DNA of 64,000 nt from Turneriella sp. (GTDB lineage: Bacteria; Spirochaetota; Leptospiria; Turneriellales; Turneriellaceae), in the NCBI GenBank assembly GCA_965279515.1, contig CBDIID010000003.1, forward strand, positions 2,432,001 through 2,496,000, given 5' to 3'. This document shows, piece after piece, positions 35,797-45,156 of this stretch. The first letter of the stretch is position 1. Each line of letters starts with the position of its first letter. The notes under the pieces were generated by a model. The model saw nothing but the letters and a program-made list of their open reading frames with translations. It did no database searches and was not told the DNA's origin. A program made the position numbers and the translations under genes.

Positions 35797-38700
35797 CCGT
35801 TTATCGAAGCGAAAGAAAGGCTTTCGCGGCAAAGAAATGATAATCTGTAGTATCGGAATCAGATATAGGGTTACCAGTAAAGAGAATGACGTTCCGACGA
35901 GAATGGTAAAAGCAAGCGGACGCCACAAATTACTCCCTTCGCCATAGTCGAAAATCAACGGTAACATACTCACGATAGTTACACTCGTCGTCATGGATAT
36001 CGGCCGAATACGTTCAAATACCGCAGCAAAAACAGCCCGAATAGGCTTAGCGCTCATTTTCTTACGCTTAATGGTACTCACCAACATGATGGCTCCGCTT
36101 ACCGAAATTCCGGCGGTTAGAATAAAGCCGATGTAGACCGAAACGTTCAGAGTTTTTCCCAGCAAGACTGTTACAATGAGGCTCATCATAATTGATGCAG
36201 GTACGGTGAGGATCACATACAGCGGCGTCGTGAAAGACTCGTAAAGGGCTCCCAGAAGAAAATAGATAAGTAATATTGCCGCCAAGGATGCAAACAGCAT
36301 CTCTCTTTGGCCCTCCAACTGCTTCTTATAACCCTCACCGAAATCATAATGGTAATTCTTTTCAAAGGGATATCGATTCAAGAATTCCTTAAGTCTTTGC
36401 CCTGCCGTACCCGTATCGATCCCGCTCAGTTTCGCGGTAATTGAGACAGTTTTTTGTTTATTCTTACGGTAAAGTTTAGTCTCTTCAGTTCCCTCCTGAA
36501 TCTTCAAAACGGAGGATATCGGCACGAAATCTTTAACATCGCCGGGAATATATAGTCCTTTTAGCTTTTCCGGCGTATTGATGAAGTTAGGGTCTATCTT
36601 CAGGCGAACGTCGACTTCCCGGTCTCCCTCATAGAATTTTGTGACCACAATTCCGTAAAGGGCGCCCCGGAACAGCTCGCCAATCCGCGCGTTCGTAAAT
36701 CCGAGACGCGATAGCTCAACATGTTTCGGCGAAATTTCCAGAGCCGGTTTCCCTTCACGAAATCTCAGAACGATCTCTCCAATACCGGGAATCGCCTGTT
36801 TTAGCTCCTGGGAGAGACTGCGTGCCAGCTTCTTGAGTTCCTTATGGTCATCGCCAAAAAGATCGATATCAATCTCTCTACTGTCCCCGCCATCGGAGCC
36901 TTGATTGAAGTAAACATAGGCGTTTTTAAATTGCCCGGTTATGCCTTTTAACTCAGACACAAAGGTATCGCTATCTAAAGACGATCTTAACTCCTTTTTC
37001 ATCCTAACAAATAAAGACGCATGCCACTTCTCAATCTTCGCCGTTATCTTTTCAACAGCAGGATGAAGGAGTAGTGCTTTTTCGATCTCCTTAACGGCTT
37101 TTTCCGTATGTTCGAGATTTATACCAGTATCCAATTCGACGCTTGCATTTATCTCACCCGAATCAATCGGATCGATAAATTCCTTTTTGGCAAAATAAAA
37201 GGCAACAATTCCGCCAGCGACTGTAAGCAAGAGCAGCAAAAGATTAAATCGAAAACTGCGACAACCGTTGAAAATTGCCTTCCGATACCGTGTTTTTAGA
37301 CTGATTGTTTTGTAACGATCGGCATATCGCAGGATGCCCGAAAGTTTCTCGCGTGTTTTCAAATACGGGCGAGAGGAGAAAATAAAGCTCCACATTCGTT
37401 CGAAAACCCCGTGAATTTTTTCTCCTAGAGATTGTGCTACACTCCCCTGTAATTGATGATAAAATGACGGAATAATTGTAAGGGATAAGAAAAGCGAAAC
37501 CAGTACAGACAACGAAAGCGAAATCGCCAGGTCTTTATACAAATCACGGGTATTCTGATTCGTGAAAAAGATCGGCAAAAAAACGATTACGATTGTGAGA
37601 GTTGAAGATAGAACTTCGAATTTGACTTCCGCAACTTTTTCCAGAATGCCGGCTGCCTTCGATAAGTTCTGCTGGTTTATATGAGCCATTTTTTCGACCA
37701 CAACGATAGCATTATCGATGATGAGGCCTACACCCAGCGCAAGCCCTGAAAGAGTCATCACATTGAGCTCTATCTTGAAAAAGAACAAAAATAAAAATGT
37801 CGTTAGAATCGACGCCGGTATAACGATAGACGTCAAAAAAGTGATGCTGGCTTGCCTCAGAAAGAGCCATAGAATTAAAGCCGCTATAATCGAACCCAGA
37901 ATGATTTCATTCGTAACGCGTTTGATCGCCTTTTCGATGAACTCTCCTTGATCATAATCCACCTCGATATTCAGGTCTGGAAAGTTCAGTTCCTTCAATA
38001 CGCGTCTACAGCCTGCCGTCACGGCAGCGGTGTTCGCGATCCCTGATTTCATTACATAAATTGAAACCTTTTCTGTCCCGTTCGAGCGCGAAATATTCTC
38101 CGGCTCTCTGAAATGGTCCTTGACATCTGCAACGCTCCGAAGAGGAATAATCTGGTCTTTGCCATAAGGTATGAGTGTCTCACCAATCTCTTTGACTGAT
38201 TTATACTTGAAATTCGCGATAATGTTCCGCGTCTGATTCAGTTCTCTTAAAGGTCCGGCCGGCATATATCTGTTATTTGCCTGCACCAAAGAGATGATGT
38301 CTGACAGAGAGATATTATACGAGATGAGCTTCAATGGATCGGCGAAAATTTGAATTTCACGAATAGTGCCACCGCCCACAAACACTTCGGAGACACCCTC
38401 TACTTTGGAAAAGTTATACTTAATTCTTTTATCAGCCAGACCGCGGATATATTTCAGATCATGACGCTTACTGCTCAACGATAAAATAAACACCGGCCGA
38501 TCAGACGGATCATAAGGCACAATATAGGGAGCTTCTACTTCCCGGGAAAAAGTCTGCCGAATCTGTTCGAGTTTTTCCTGCACTTCGATTATTTTGACTT
38601 TGAGATCGACATTGCTGCCAAAGATGACATTGATCTTCGACTCTCCATCCTCGGAAAGGGAGCTCAGCTGTTCTATTCCAGGCACCTCGGCGACTTTTTC

Positions 38701-38934
38701 CTCTATGGGCTTGGTCAGCAATTTTTCGATTTTTTCCGGTGCAACGCCGGGATAACGTGTGATGACCGACAGACCGGGCGTAACGGCATTCGGCAGAAGA
38801 CCGATTTTTAAGAACCCCGCAGCGTAAATACCCAAGAGTAATCCCGAGGCCAAAAGCATCGTGGCGGCAACGGGTTTCTGAAGAAAAAAAGCAGTAAGCC
38901 CCGAACCTGTCGAATCGCCGGGTTTATCCATCAT
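35788..38934 (-). CDS. RND transporter permease subunit (AcrB/AcrD/AcrF family), copy 2
   Basis: YPGVAPEKIEKLLTKPIEE, LNVMTLSGLALGVGLIIDNAIVVVE, YESFTTP and RIRPISMT motifs; 12-TM architecture. Confidence 0.92.
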   Translation of the reverse strand: MMDKPGDSTGSGLTAFFLQKPVAATMLLASGLLLGIYAAGFLKIGLLPNAVTPGLSVITRYPGVAPEKIEKLLTKPIEEKVAEVPGIEQLSSLSEDGESKINVIFGSNVDLKVKIIEVQEKLEQIRQTFSREVEAPYIVPYDPSDRPVFILSLSSKRHDLKYIRGLADKRIKYNFSKVEGVSEVFVGGGTIREIQIFADPLKLISYNISLSDIISLVQANNRYMPAGPLRELNQTRNIIANFKYKSVKEIGETLIPYGKDQIIPLRSVADVKDHFREPENISRSNGTEKVSIYVMKSGIANTAAVTAGCRRVLKELNFPDLNIEVDYDQGEFIEKAIKRVTNEIILGSIIAALILWLFLRQASITFLTSIVIPASILTTFLFLFFFKIELNVMTLSGLALGVGLIIDNAIVVVEKMAHINQQNLSKAAGILEKVAEVKFEVLSSTLTIVIVFLPIFFTNQNTRDLYKDLAISLSLSVLVSLFLSLTIIPSFYHQLQGSVAQSLGEKIHGVFERMWSFIFSSRPYLKTREKLSGILRYADRYKTISLKTRYRKAIFNGCRSFRFNLLLLLLTVAGGIVAFYFAKKEFIDPIDSGEINASVELDTGINLEHTEKAVKEIEKALLLHPAVEKITAKIEKWHASLFVRMKKELRSSLDSDTFVSELKGITGQFKNAYVYFNQGSDGGDSREIDIDLFGDDHKELKKLARSLSQELKQAIPGIGEIVLRFREGKPALEISPKHVELSRLGFTNARIGELFRGALYGIVVTKFYEGDREVDVRLKIDPNFINTPEKLKGLYIPGDVKDFVPISSVLKIQEGTEETKLYRKNKQKTVSITAKLSGIDTGTAGQRLKEFLNRYPFEKNYHYDFGEGYKKQLEGQREMLFASLAAILLIYFLLGALYESFTTPLYVILTVPASIMMSLIVTVLLGKTLNVSVYIGFILTAGISVSGAIMLVSTIKRKKMSAKPIRAVFAAVFERIRPISMTTSVTIVSMLPLIFDYGEGSNLWRPLAFTILVGTSFSLLVTLYLIPILQIIISLPRKPFFRFDKRLQ

Positions 38935-41900
38935 ACCTTGAAAAATTTTCGGCTAAATCTTTCCTTAAGTCTTTCAAATGCCAGATATAATGCTGGAAAG
39001 TATATGAGAGTCAGGAATGTAGAGATTGTGAGCCCTAGTACAACAACTATAGATAACGGGGCTTGAAATTCGCTACCTTCCCCTATTGCTAAAGCTGTCG
39101 GTAAATCGGCTACAATTGTCGTAAGCTGAGTCAAAACAATTGGCCGAATTCTCACCTCACCTGCTTTTTTGAGCATTGCGATTAGATCTCCCGAACTTGC
39201 GGAGACATGTTTTTCCTCCCGAAAATACAGAATGAATTCGTAGAGAACGATCGCAGTGCTAACAACAATTCCCACCAGCATGACGATTCCCATACCTGAA
39301 ATAACCGAAATCGAATTATTAGTAACGAAAAGCGCCAATGCGACACCGGGAATCATCAACGGAATGCTCAACGCAACGGAAATCGGCTGTAAGAATGATT
39401 CGAATTGCGCCGCGATGATCATGTAGATCAGAACAGACGAAAGAATAAAAGTGAGCAACAGTCCTTTAAGAGATTCCATTGTCTCATGATTTTTTTCCAG
39501 GAATTCAATTTCCAGTGAATCTCCGGGATTTTGGACTGCAACACCAGCCTGAACATCTGCTTGCTGCGTTTGATATTGATTCTTGAAATGCGCCAGCGCA
39601 TTCATTACCGCCAGTTTCTTACCATCAGCATACTTGATTTCGATAACTTCCATACGCCGGCTATCGCGACGCAATATCGTGCCACTACTTTCACCGGGTT
39701 CGAGCCGCGCTATTTGAGAGAGCTGTAGCATCGCCTTCGACGGGGCCTTTACATAAAGCGAAGAAATGGTATCGGGTGAAATCTTTCCCTCAAAGGCCGA
39801 ACTCATCTTTACCCGGACAGGCACCTCCCGATCGCCCTGCCTGAATTGCGTCGTAATATCGCCCTGTACGGCAGATTTCAGGGAGCGGCCGATTTGTACC
39901 GGCTGCAATCCAGTTGTCGCCATTTTTGTACGGTCGATCTGAATTTTCAATTCTGGTAATTTTCTGAGCGCGGTTGCATCTATACTGACAATAGTGCCGT
40001 CTTTGAACAGGGAGGAATCGCGCAGCGAGCTTAAGAAAAACTGAACCGCTTTCAGGTTAGCCCCGGCATTGTTCGAGCTGAACCGGGATTCAATTACGTT
40101 CTGCGTCTTACCAAGAACACTCTCCAGGACATCGCCGCGAGGCGAGAGAGAAAAGCTGATTCGTTGATTTTGGCCGATAAATCGGCTCAACTCCTCAATG
40201 AATTTTTCCGAACCTAACTCGGATCTATTGACCGAAAAATCCACTTCAATGTAGTTAGGCTTCTTCTTGCCCTTAACCATATCAACAAGGTTATCCTCAT
40301 CGTGACCGATGTGGAACACGCTCTGCGAAACCATTTTGTTCTTGGATAAATGTGCATGTATATTCCGGCACAGCTCAATACTTGATTCTATCCTCGTCCC
40401 AGGTTGCATTTCAATGAAACCCTCAACCCTGTAACGATCCGCTTTTGGGAAAAGCTCCTTTGGCAACATGTAGGCCATAATAATGCCGCCGGCGGTAATT
40501 ATAATTCCGATAGTGAATGTCTTCTTTAGGTTATGCAAAACAAGATCAAGCAATTTACTATACGAAGATTTCATTCCTTCAAGCTTTTTCTCGATGAACG
40601 CAGCATACCAATCCATGAACTTCCGATACCGTGTCGAAATACCGCTCAGACCTTGCGGCAGAGAAAAGCGAATCGGAATTTTCACACAGACGAGCATCGG
40701 AACCAATGTGAAGGAAAAAATCAGGGAAACGAGCAAGGCGACGGAAATAGTGATTGCTAATTCCTTAAAGATCTCCCCTGCGAGACTCTGTACAAACACA
40801 ATCGGAAAGAAAACAACAACGTTGCAAAGAGTCGCCGCGATATTTGAAGCCCTGACTTTTTGAACCCCTTCGTAGGCATTTTGAATCAATGTCCGCGTTG
40901 GATTCTCGACAATTTCCGTATCTATACTTTCCAATACGACGGTGCTCGAATCGACGACCATACCGACTGAAAGTGCCAAGCCCCCAATAGACATGACATT
41001 GATGGAAATGCCGGTCATATACATTACTACGAACGTTGCGATGATTGTGATGGGAATTGCAATACTGATGATGATTGCCGATTTGAAATTCCCAAGGAAC
41101 AAAAAGAGTAAAATGAAAGCAATGACTCCACCTACAATCGCGTTTGTTGTGACATTATCAATCGCATCGCGAATATAATTCGATTCGTCCGAAATGACCG
41201 TCATCTCCGCCGATCTGCCGAATCGACTATTCAAATCTTTGATTTTCGCCCGCAGGGCGTCTACGGCTTCTAACGTGTTTTTGCGGGGCTCTTTATATGC
41301 ATTCAGAATTATGGCTTCCTGATCATTAAATATCGTCGCTCCGAATTTCTCCCGGTAGGAATCCTGAATATCTGCAATAGACTTCAGGTAAATTGGCACG
41401 CCTTGCTCTGAAAGAAAAACAACGACCTCCCCGATATTTTGAACTTCCTTAAATTCTCCCATCATGCGAACTGTGTATTCTTTCTCTTGCTTATAAACGT
41501 TTCCGGCAGGGAAGTTGTAGTTAGCGGAGTTGATACTTTGGGCGAGATCGTCGAGGGTCAGGTTCGCCTGAAAGAGTTTTTGCGAATTGGCCATAATTTG
41601 AATTTCGCGTTTCTCCCCCCCCCTTATGATGATCGAGGCAGTTCCTTCTGACCGCTCTAATTCCGGTTTAAGGTTTTTTTCGATAAAACCACGAAGCTTT
41701 GGAAATGTAATGCCCACCGGCTTCACCAGTATACCCAGAACCGGTTGATCAGAAGGGTCGAATTTGAGGATTATCGAACGCTGAACATCCTGCGGCAAGG
41801 AACTCCTTAAAAGATCCAGTTTTTGCCGCATCGAAATCAGGGCCAGGTTAGCGTCGTACCCCCAGGATAGGGTAACGGAGATAATGCTCAAGCCCTCTTC

Positions 41901-42146
41901 AGATTTTGAATTAACTTTATCTACGCCGTTTACCGATGAGAGTGTCTCTTCAATCGGCCTTGTGACGAGATTCTCTATCTCGCTGGCTGACACGTTGGGA
42001 TAGGAGGTAAGGATAGTAAGACGGGGGATGTTAATTTCCGGCAGTAAATTTACCTGAATTCTCGATAAGCTCACTAATCCGAGAAGCAAAAGTGCGGCAT
42101 AAAACATCGAGACCGCGACGGGTCTCTCGATAGAGAAGCGGATCAT
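38931..42146 (-). CDS. RND transporter permease subunit (AcrB/AcrD/AcrF family), copy 1
   Basis: MIRFSIERPV, YPNVSASEIENLVTRPIEE, INVMSIGGLALSVGMVVDSS, AQFESFLQP and RIRPIVLT motifs. Confidence 0.92.
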   Translation of the reverse strand: MIRFSIERPVAVSMFYAALLLLGLVSLSRIQVNLLPEINIPRLTILTSYPNVSASEIENLVTRPIEETLSSVNGVDKVNSKSEEGLSIISVTLSWGYDANLALISMRQKLDLLRSSLPQDVQRSIILKFDPSDQPVLGILVKPVGITFPKLRGFIEKNLKPELERSEGTASIIIRGGEKREIQIMANSQKLFQANLTLDDLAQSINSANYNFPAGNVYKQEKEYTVRMMGEFKEVQNIGEVVVFLSEQGVPIYLKSIADIQDSYREKFGATIFNDQEAIILNAYKEPRKNTLEAVDALRAKIKDLNSRFGRSAEMTVISDESNYIRDAIDNVTTNAIVGGVIAFILLFLFLGNFKSAIIISIAIPITIIATFVVMYMTGISINVMSIGGLALSVGMVVDSSTVVLESIDTEIVENPTRTLIQNAYEGVQKVRASNIAATLCNVVVFFPIVFVQSLAGEIFKELAITISVALLVSLIFSFTLVPMLVCVKIPIRFSLPQGLSGISTRYRKFMDWYAAFIEKKLEGMKSSYSKLLDLVLHNLKKTFTIGIIITAGGIIMAYMLPKELFPKADRYRVEGFIEMQPGTRIESSIELCRNIHAHLSKNKMVSQSVFHIGHDEDNLVDMVKGKKKPNYIEVDFSVNRSELGSEKFIEELSRFIGQNQRISFSLSPRGDVLESVLGKTQNVIESRFSSNNAGANLKAVQFFLSSLRDSSLFKDGTIVSIDATALRKLPELKIQIDRTKMATTGLQPVQIGRSLKSAVQGDITTQFRQGDREVPVRVKMSSAFEGKISPDTISSLYVKAPSKAMLQLSQIARLEPGESSGTILRRDSRRMEVIEIKYADGKKLAVMNALAHFKNQYQTQQADVQAGVAVQNPGDSLEIEFLEKNHETMESLKGLLLTFILSSVLIYMIIAAQFESFLQPISVALSIPLMIPGVALALFVTNNSISVISGMGIVMLVGIVVSTAIVLYEFILYFREEKHVSASSGDLIAMLKKAGEVRIRPIVLTQLTTIVADLPTALAIGEGSEFQAPLSIVVVLGLTISTFLTLIYFPALYLAFERLKERFSRKFFKV

Positions 42147-42152
42147 CGTAGG

Positions 42153-43679
42153 CTAATTGTGAAAGAATAAGTAGTCGTTTAGCAGAGCATTACCCTGATT
42201 ATCTTTCGCTGTGCCCCCCGCTATCTTCAAGCGATGATACCCTGTGCCTGCCCAACCACGAATATAGACGCTCATAATCATTAAAGTGGCATCAAGCTGA
42301 ATATCAGTGATACCGACTGTTCCCGGACCACTAACAATGGCCGTATACGTTGTCGCCTGAACCAAGGATTGCAGATCCATGGGTCGATCAAAGTATACTT
42401 TTAATACGTGACGAAAATCTGTAGTTGCAGCCGTGTCGATATCTACTCTTTCGTCGACAATCAGGACCGAATTTTGGAGCAAACTCCCCGAATCCAAAAC
42501 TGCAGATAATGCCTGATTGTTGCAGACATCAGTAACTCCACCTACGCAGTTTGCGATCGCGGGACAAGTCGCAGGAGTTAGAGTACACGTTCCGGATGCT
42601 AGAATTGTATAAGCTTGTCTTACACCAGTAATTGTGGGCCGAATTGAATCAGCTGCGTTTGTAGTGAATTGATAGTTATAGTTCTGATTTAGAATATTAT
42701 TCGCAATATCCGTGGCTGAATTATTTACGGACAAAGTATACAAGGTTTCACTCTCCAATGCGGGTGAAAATGTTAAAGTCGCCACAGTCGATAAACCAAC
42801 AGTCGCAAAGACTTTTGAAAAACCTGCCGTTGGCGAAATGGTAATAGCGTTGGTCAGGGTGGTTGTGTTCATAAGTTCACTGAACGTAATCACAATCTGA
42901 TCGTTTCGGCTAATCAGGGGCGTTACCAAACCATTTTGTAAAGCGAGGGCACTCGGATTTGCCACCGTACTTGTAATCGTGGGTCTGACAAAATCAGTTC
43001 CGACGACAAAACTAATTGTCCTTCCCTGAAGAAGATTATTTCCGACTAAGTCCTGGACATTCGTGTTAATGCTTATCGTATAAACAGTCCCATTCAAAAG
43101 GTTCGATTGCGGGGTAAAAGTCACAGTCTCTCCGGTACCATTTACCGTGAAAGCACCAACGACGGAGGGCGTGATGGTTATACCCGGGATCAAAGTCGAT
43201 GGATTTACTGCCTCTGAGAAAACGAATGTAAATACTGAATTCGGCAAAATTCCGGTCTGACCATATACGGGGTTCGTTGATACAATCTGTGGTTTACCCG
43301 CATCTGGATTAACAGTAAAATTGATCTGAAAATCATCGCGGAGGTTATTGCCCTCACTATCTTCAGCTGACTTGCTGATCAATAAGGTATATGTCCTTCC
43401 GGTCGTGAGGGGGCCTCTGGGAATAAATCGCAGACGATTTCTTTCCCAGATAAACTGGCCTTTGGGGCGGTCCGTATCCGCAAAAAGACTGAAGGCTGTC
43501 TCCGTTTGCGAATAATCCATCGATTCAGAAAATTCAATCCAGACCTCCACGTTATTGCTGATTCCCGTAGCATTTTGGGTCGGGTAAGAAGCAGAAACTT
43601 CGGGAGGATTAAAGTCATCTCGGCAATTAAAACCAAGAAAAACTAATCCGAGAAGAACAATAAGGCTTGTTTTTTTCAC
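42153..43679 (-). CDS. Lipoprotein with tandem bacterial Ig-like (Big_5/SbsA-type) domains
   Basis: Lipobox GFNC; about 4 repeats of P.V....P....I...FSE.M...Y.L.I...A.D..GN.L. Confidence 0.85.
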   Translation of the reverse strand: MKKTSLIVLLGLVFLGFNCRDDFNPPEVSASYPTQNATGISNNVEVWIEFSESMDYSQTETAFSLFADTDRPKGQFIWERNRLRFIPRGPLTTGRTYTLLISKSAEDSEGNNLRDDFQINFTVNPDAGKPQIVSTNPVYGQTGILPNSVFTFVFSEAVNPSTLIPGITITPSVVGAFTVNGTGETVTFTPQSNLLNGTVYTISINTNVQDLVGNNLLQGRTISFVVGTDFVRPTITSTVANPSALALQNGLVTPLISRNDQIVITFSELMNTTTLTNAITISPTAGFSKVFATVGLSTVATLTFSPALESETLYTLSVNNSATDIANNILNQNYNYQFTTNAADSIRPTITGVRQAYTILASGTCTLTPATCPAIANCVGGVTDVCNNQALSAVLDSGSLLQNSVLIVDERVDIDTAATTDFRHVLKVYFDRPMDLQSLVQATTYTAIVSGPGTVGITDIQLDATLMIMSVYIRGWAGTGYHRLKIAGGTAKDNQGNALLNDYLFFHN

Positions 43680-45154
43680 GGATTACTCCTGAAAAACAAA
43701 GAATAATCGCTTTGCAAATAATTATTGCTCCCGTCTTTTACTCCGGTATTGGTTCCGATGATTTTCAATAAATAGACGTTATTGCCCAATTGTCCAAGGG
43801 ACAAGCTTAGAACGGTGCGCGGGACATTCCAGCTAAACTGAGTCATTGTACCTACCAAGGCGGAATCATTCCCCAGAAGTCTGGTAATCGAAATATTATC
43901 AGGCACAGATTCCACTAACATGGGAGCAGAAAAGGTAATCACAACTATACAATTCCAGGGTGGCACGACAGCACCGTAAGATAATGTAAATATGGGTATC
44001 AAAACGGTATTCGTGATTGCCGTGCCCGGCGACGGGCAACCAGCCCCCTGAACCACTGAAGCGATAGTCACGTATTGTGAATTTGGACCGTTGACTACAA
44101 AGCTTGTGGCAACCTGCGATAGTAAAGGATTGCCAAAAGCATCTTTTGCATTTTCTGTTACGGTAAGATAATATTCCCGCCCAGGCGTCAGCAAACCTGT
44201 TGGTTGAAACGTAAAACCGGCAAAACTGCCTAGCCAACTGAAGGAACCAGCGATCGTATTGCCAAAATGTCCGTCTACAATACTAAAGGAGCTTTGTGAA
44301 GGACTATAATCCATAGCTTCGTCGAAAGTGACAACAAAGCCTTCGTTTTTCTCAACAGTTGTTGCAGCAGGGCCGGGAAAGATCGCTGTTCCACCCGTTG
44401 TCTGTACCGTTAAAACCTGAGGCTTAACAAAATCTGTACCCGCCTTAAACCGGAAAACATGATCTGACACCATGGGCATGCCACGGGCATCCTTGGCAGT
44501 TTTCGCAATCGTGACCGCGTATTGTTGATTAAAGGTTAATCCCTGAAAGGGTGTGTACGTGAGCACGGTATTTCCTACGCTCCAGGTAAACAGACCGGTA
44601 ACAGAGGGACTTAACTGAAAAGCAGCTTCTGTTTCAGTAATGGACATGGGTCTACTAAACGTGATGTCGATTGGAGTATTTAATGCCACGCTCATATTCA
44701 AGTCTATGGGATTAGTCGTCACGACTCGTGGCGGAGTTAGATCCGTGCCAGCATAAAAATGGGCGAGAAATGTCGTTAGATATTTGCTTTCGTCCTTTGC
44801 CTGAGCAGAAGGCAATAATTTTACCGTGTATCTTCCCCCATATTCAAGATCGCCTTCGAGCTGGTAGTACATCGTATTCCCGCTCCACACAAAAGCACCC
44901 TTCGGAATCGGCGAATCAGACGTCAGTGAGAACGCATTCTGCGTCAGTTCATGATTCATCTCCTTGTCGAACTTCAGATATATATTCGGCCGGACGTCGG
45001 TAAATCCGGTTCTTTCGGCAGGATAAGAATCAATGACCAGAGGTGATTCCAGGGATTTTAGCGCCGCGCAGGTGAGAAGAAATCCCGTGACCATGCCCGC
45101 GCAAAGCCATCTGAAAACGGATCGGGTTAAATTTCCTTTCGACTTCGTCAGCAT
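43676..45154 (-). CDS. Lipoprotein with tandem bacterial Ig-like (Big_5/SbsA-type) domains
   Basis: Lipobox LLTC; repeated PRVVTTNP...ITFSRPM...AKDARGMPM units; paralog of the adjacent gene. Confidence 0.85.
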   Translation of the reverse strand: MLTKSKGNLTRSVFRWLCAGMVTGFLLTCAALKSLESPLVIDSYPAERTGFTDVRPNIYLKFDKEMNHELTQNAFSLTSDSPIPKGAFVWSGNTMYYQLEGDLEYGGRYTVKLLPSAQAKDESKYLTTFLAHFYAGTDLTPPRVVTTNPIDLNMSVALNTPIDITFSRPMSITETEAAFQLSPSVTGLFTWSVGNTVLTYTPFQGLTFNQQYAVTIAKTAKDARGMPMVSDHVFRFKAGTDFVKPQVLTVQTTGGTAIFPGPAATTVEKNEGFVVTFDEAMDYSPSQSSFSIVDGHFGNTIAGSFSWLGSFAGFTFQPTGLLTPGREYYLTVTENAKDAFGNPLLSQVATSFVVNGPNSQYVTIASVVQGAGCPSPGTAITNTVLIPIFTLSYGAVVPPWNCIVVITFSAPMLVESVPDNISITRLLGNDSALVGTMTQFSWNVPRTVLSLSLGQLGNNVYLLKIIGTNTGVKDGSNNYLQSDYSLFFRSNP

Positions 45155-45156
45155 AG

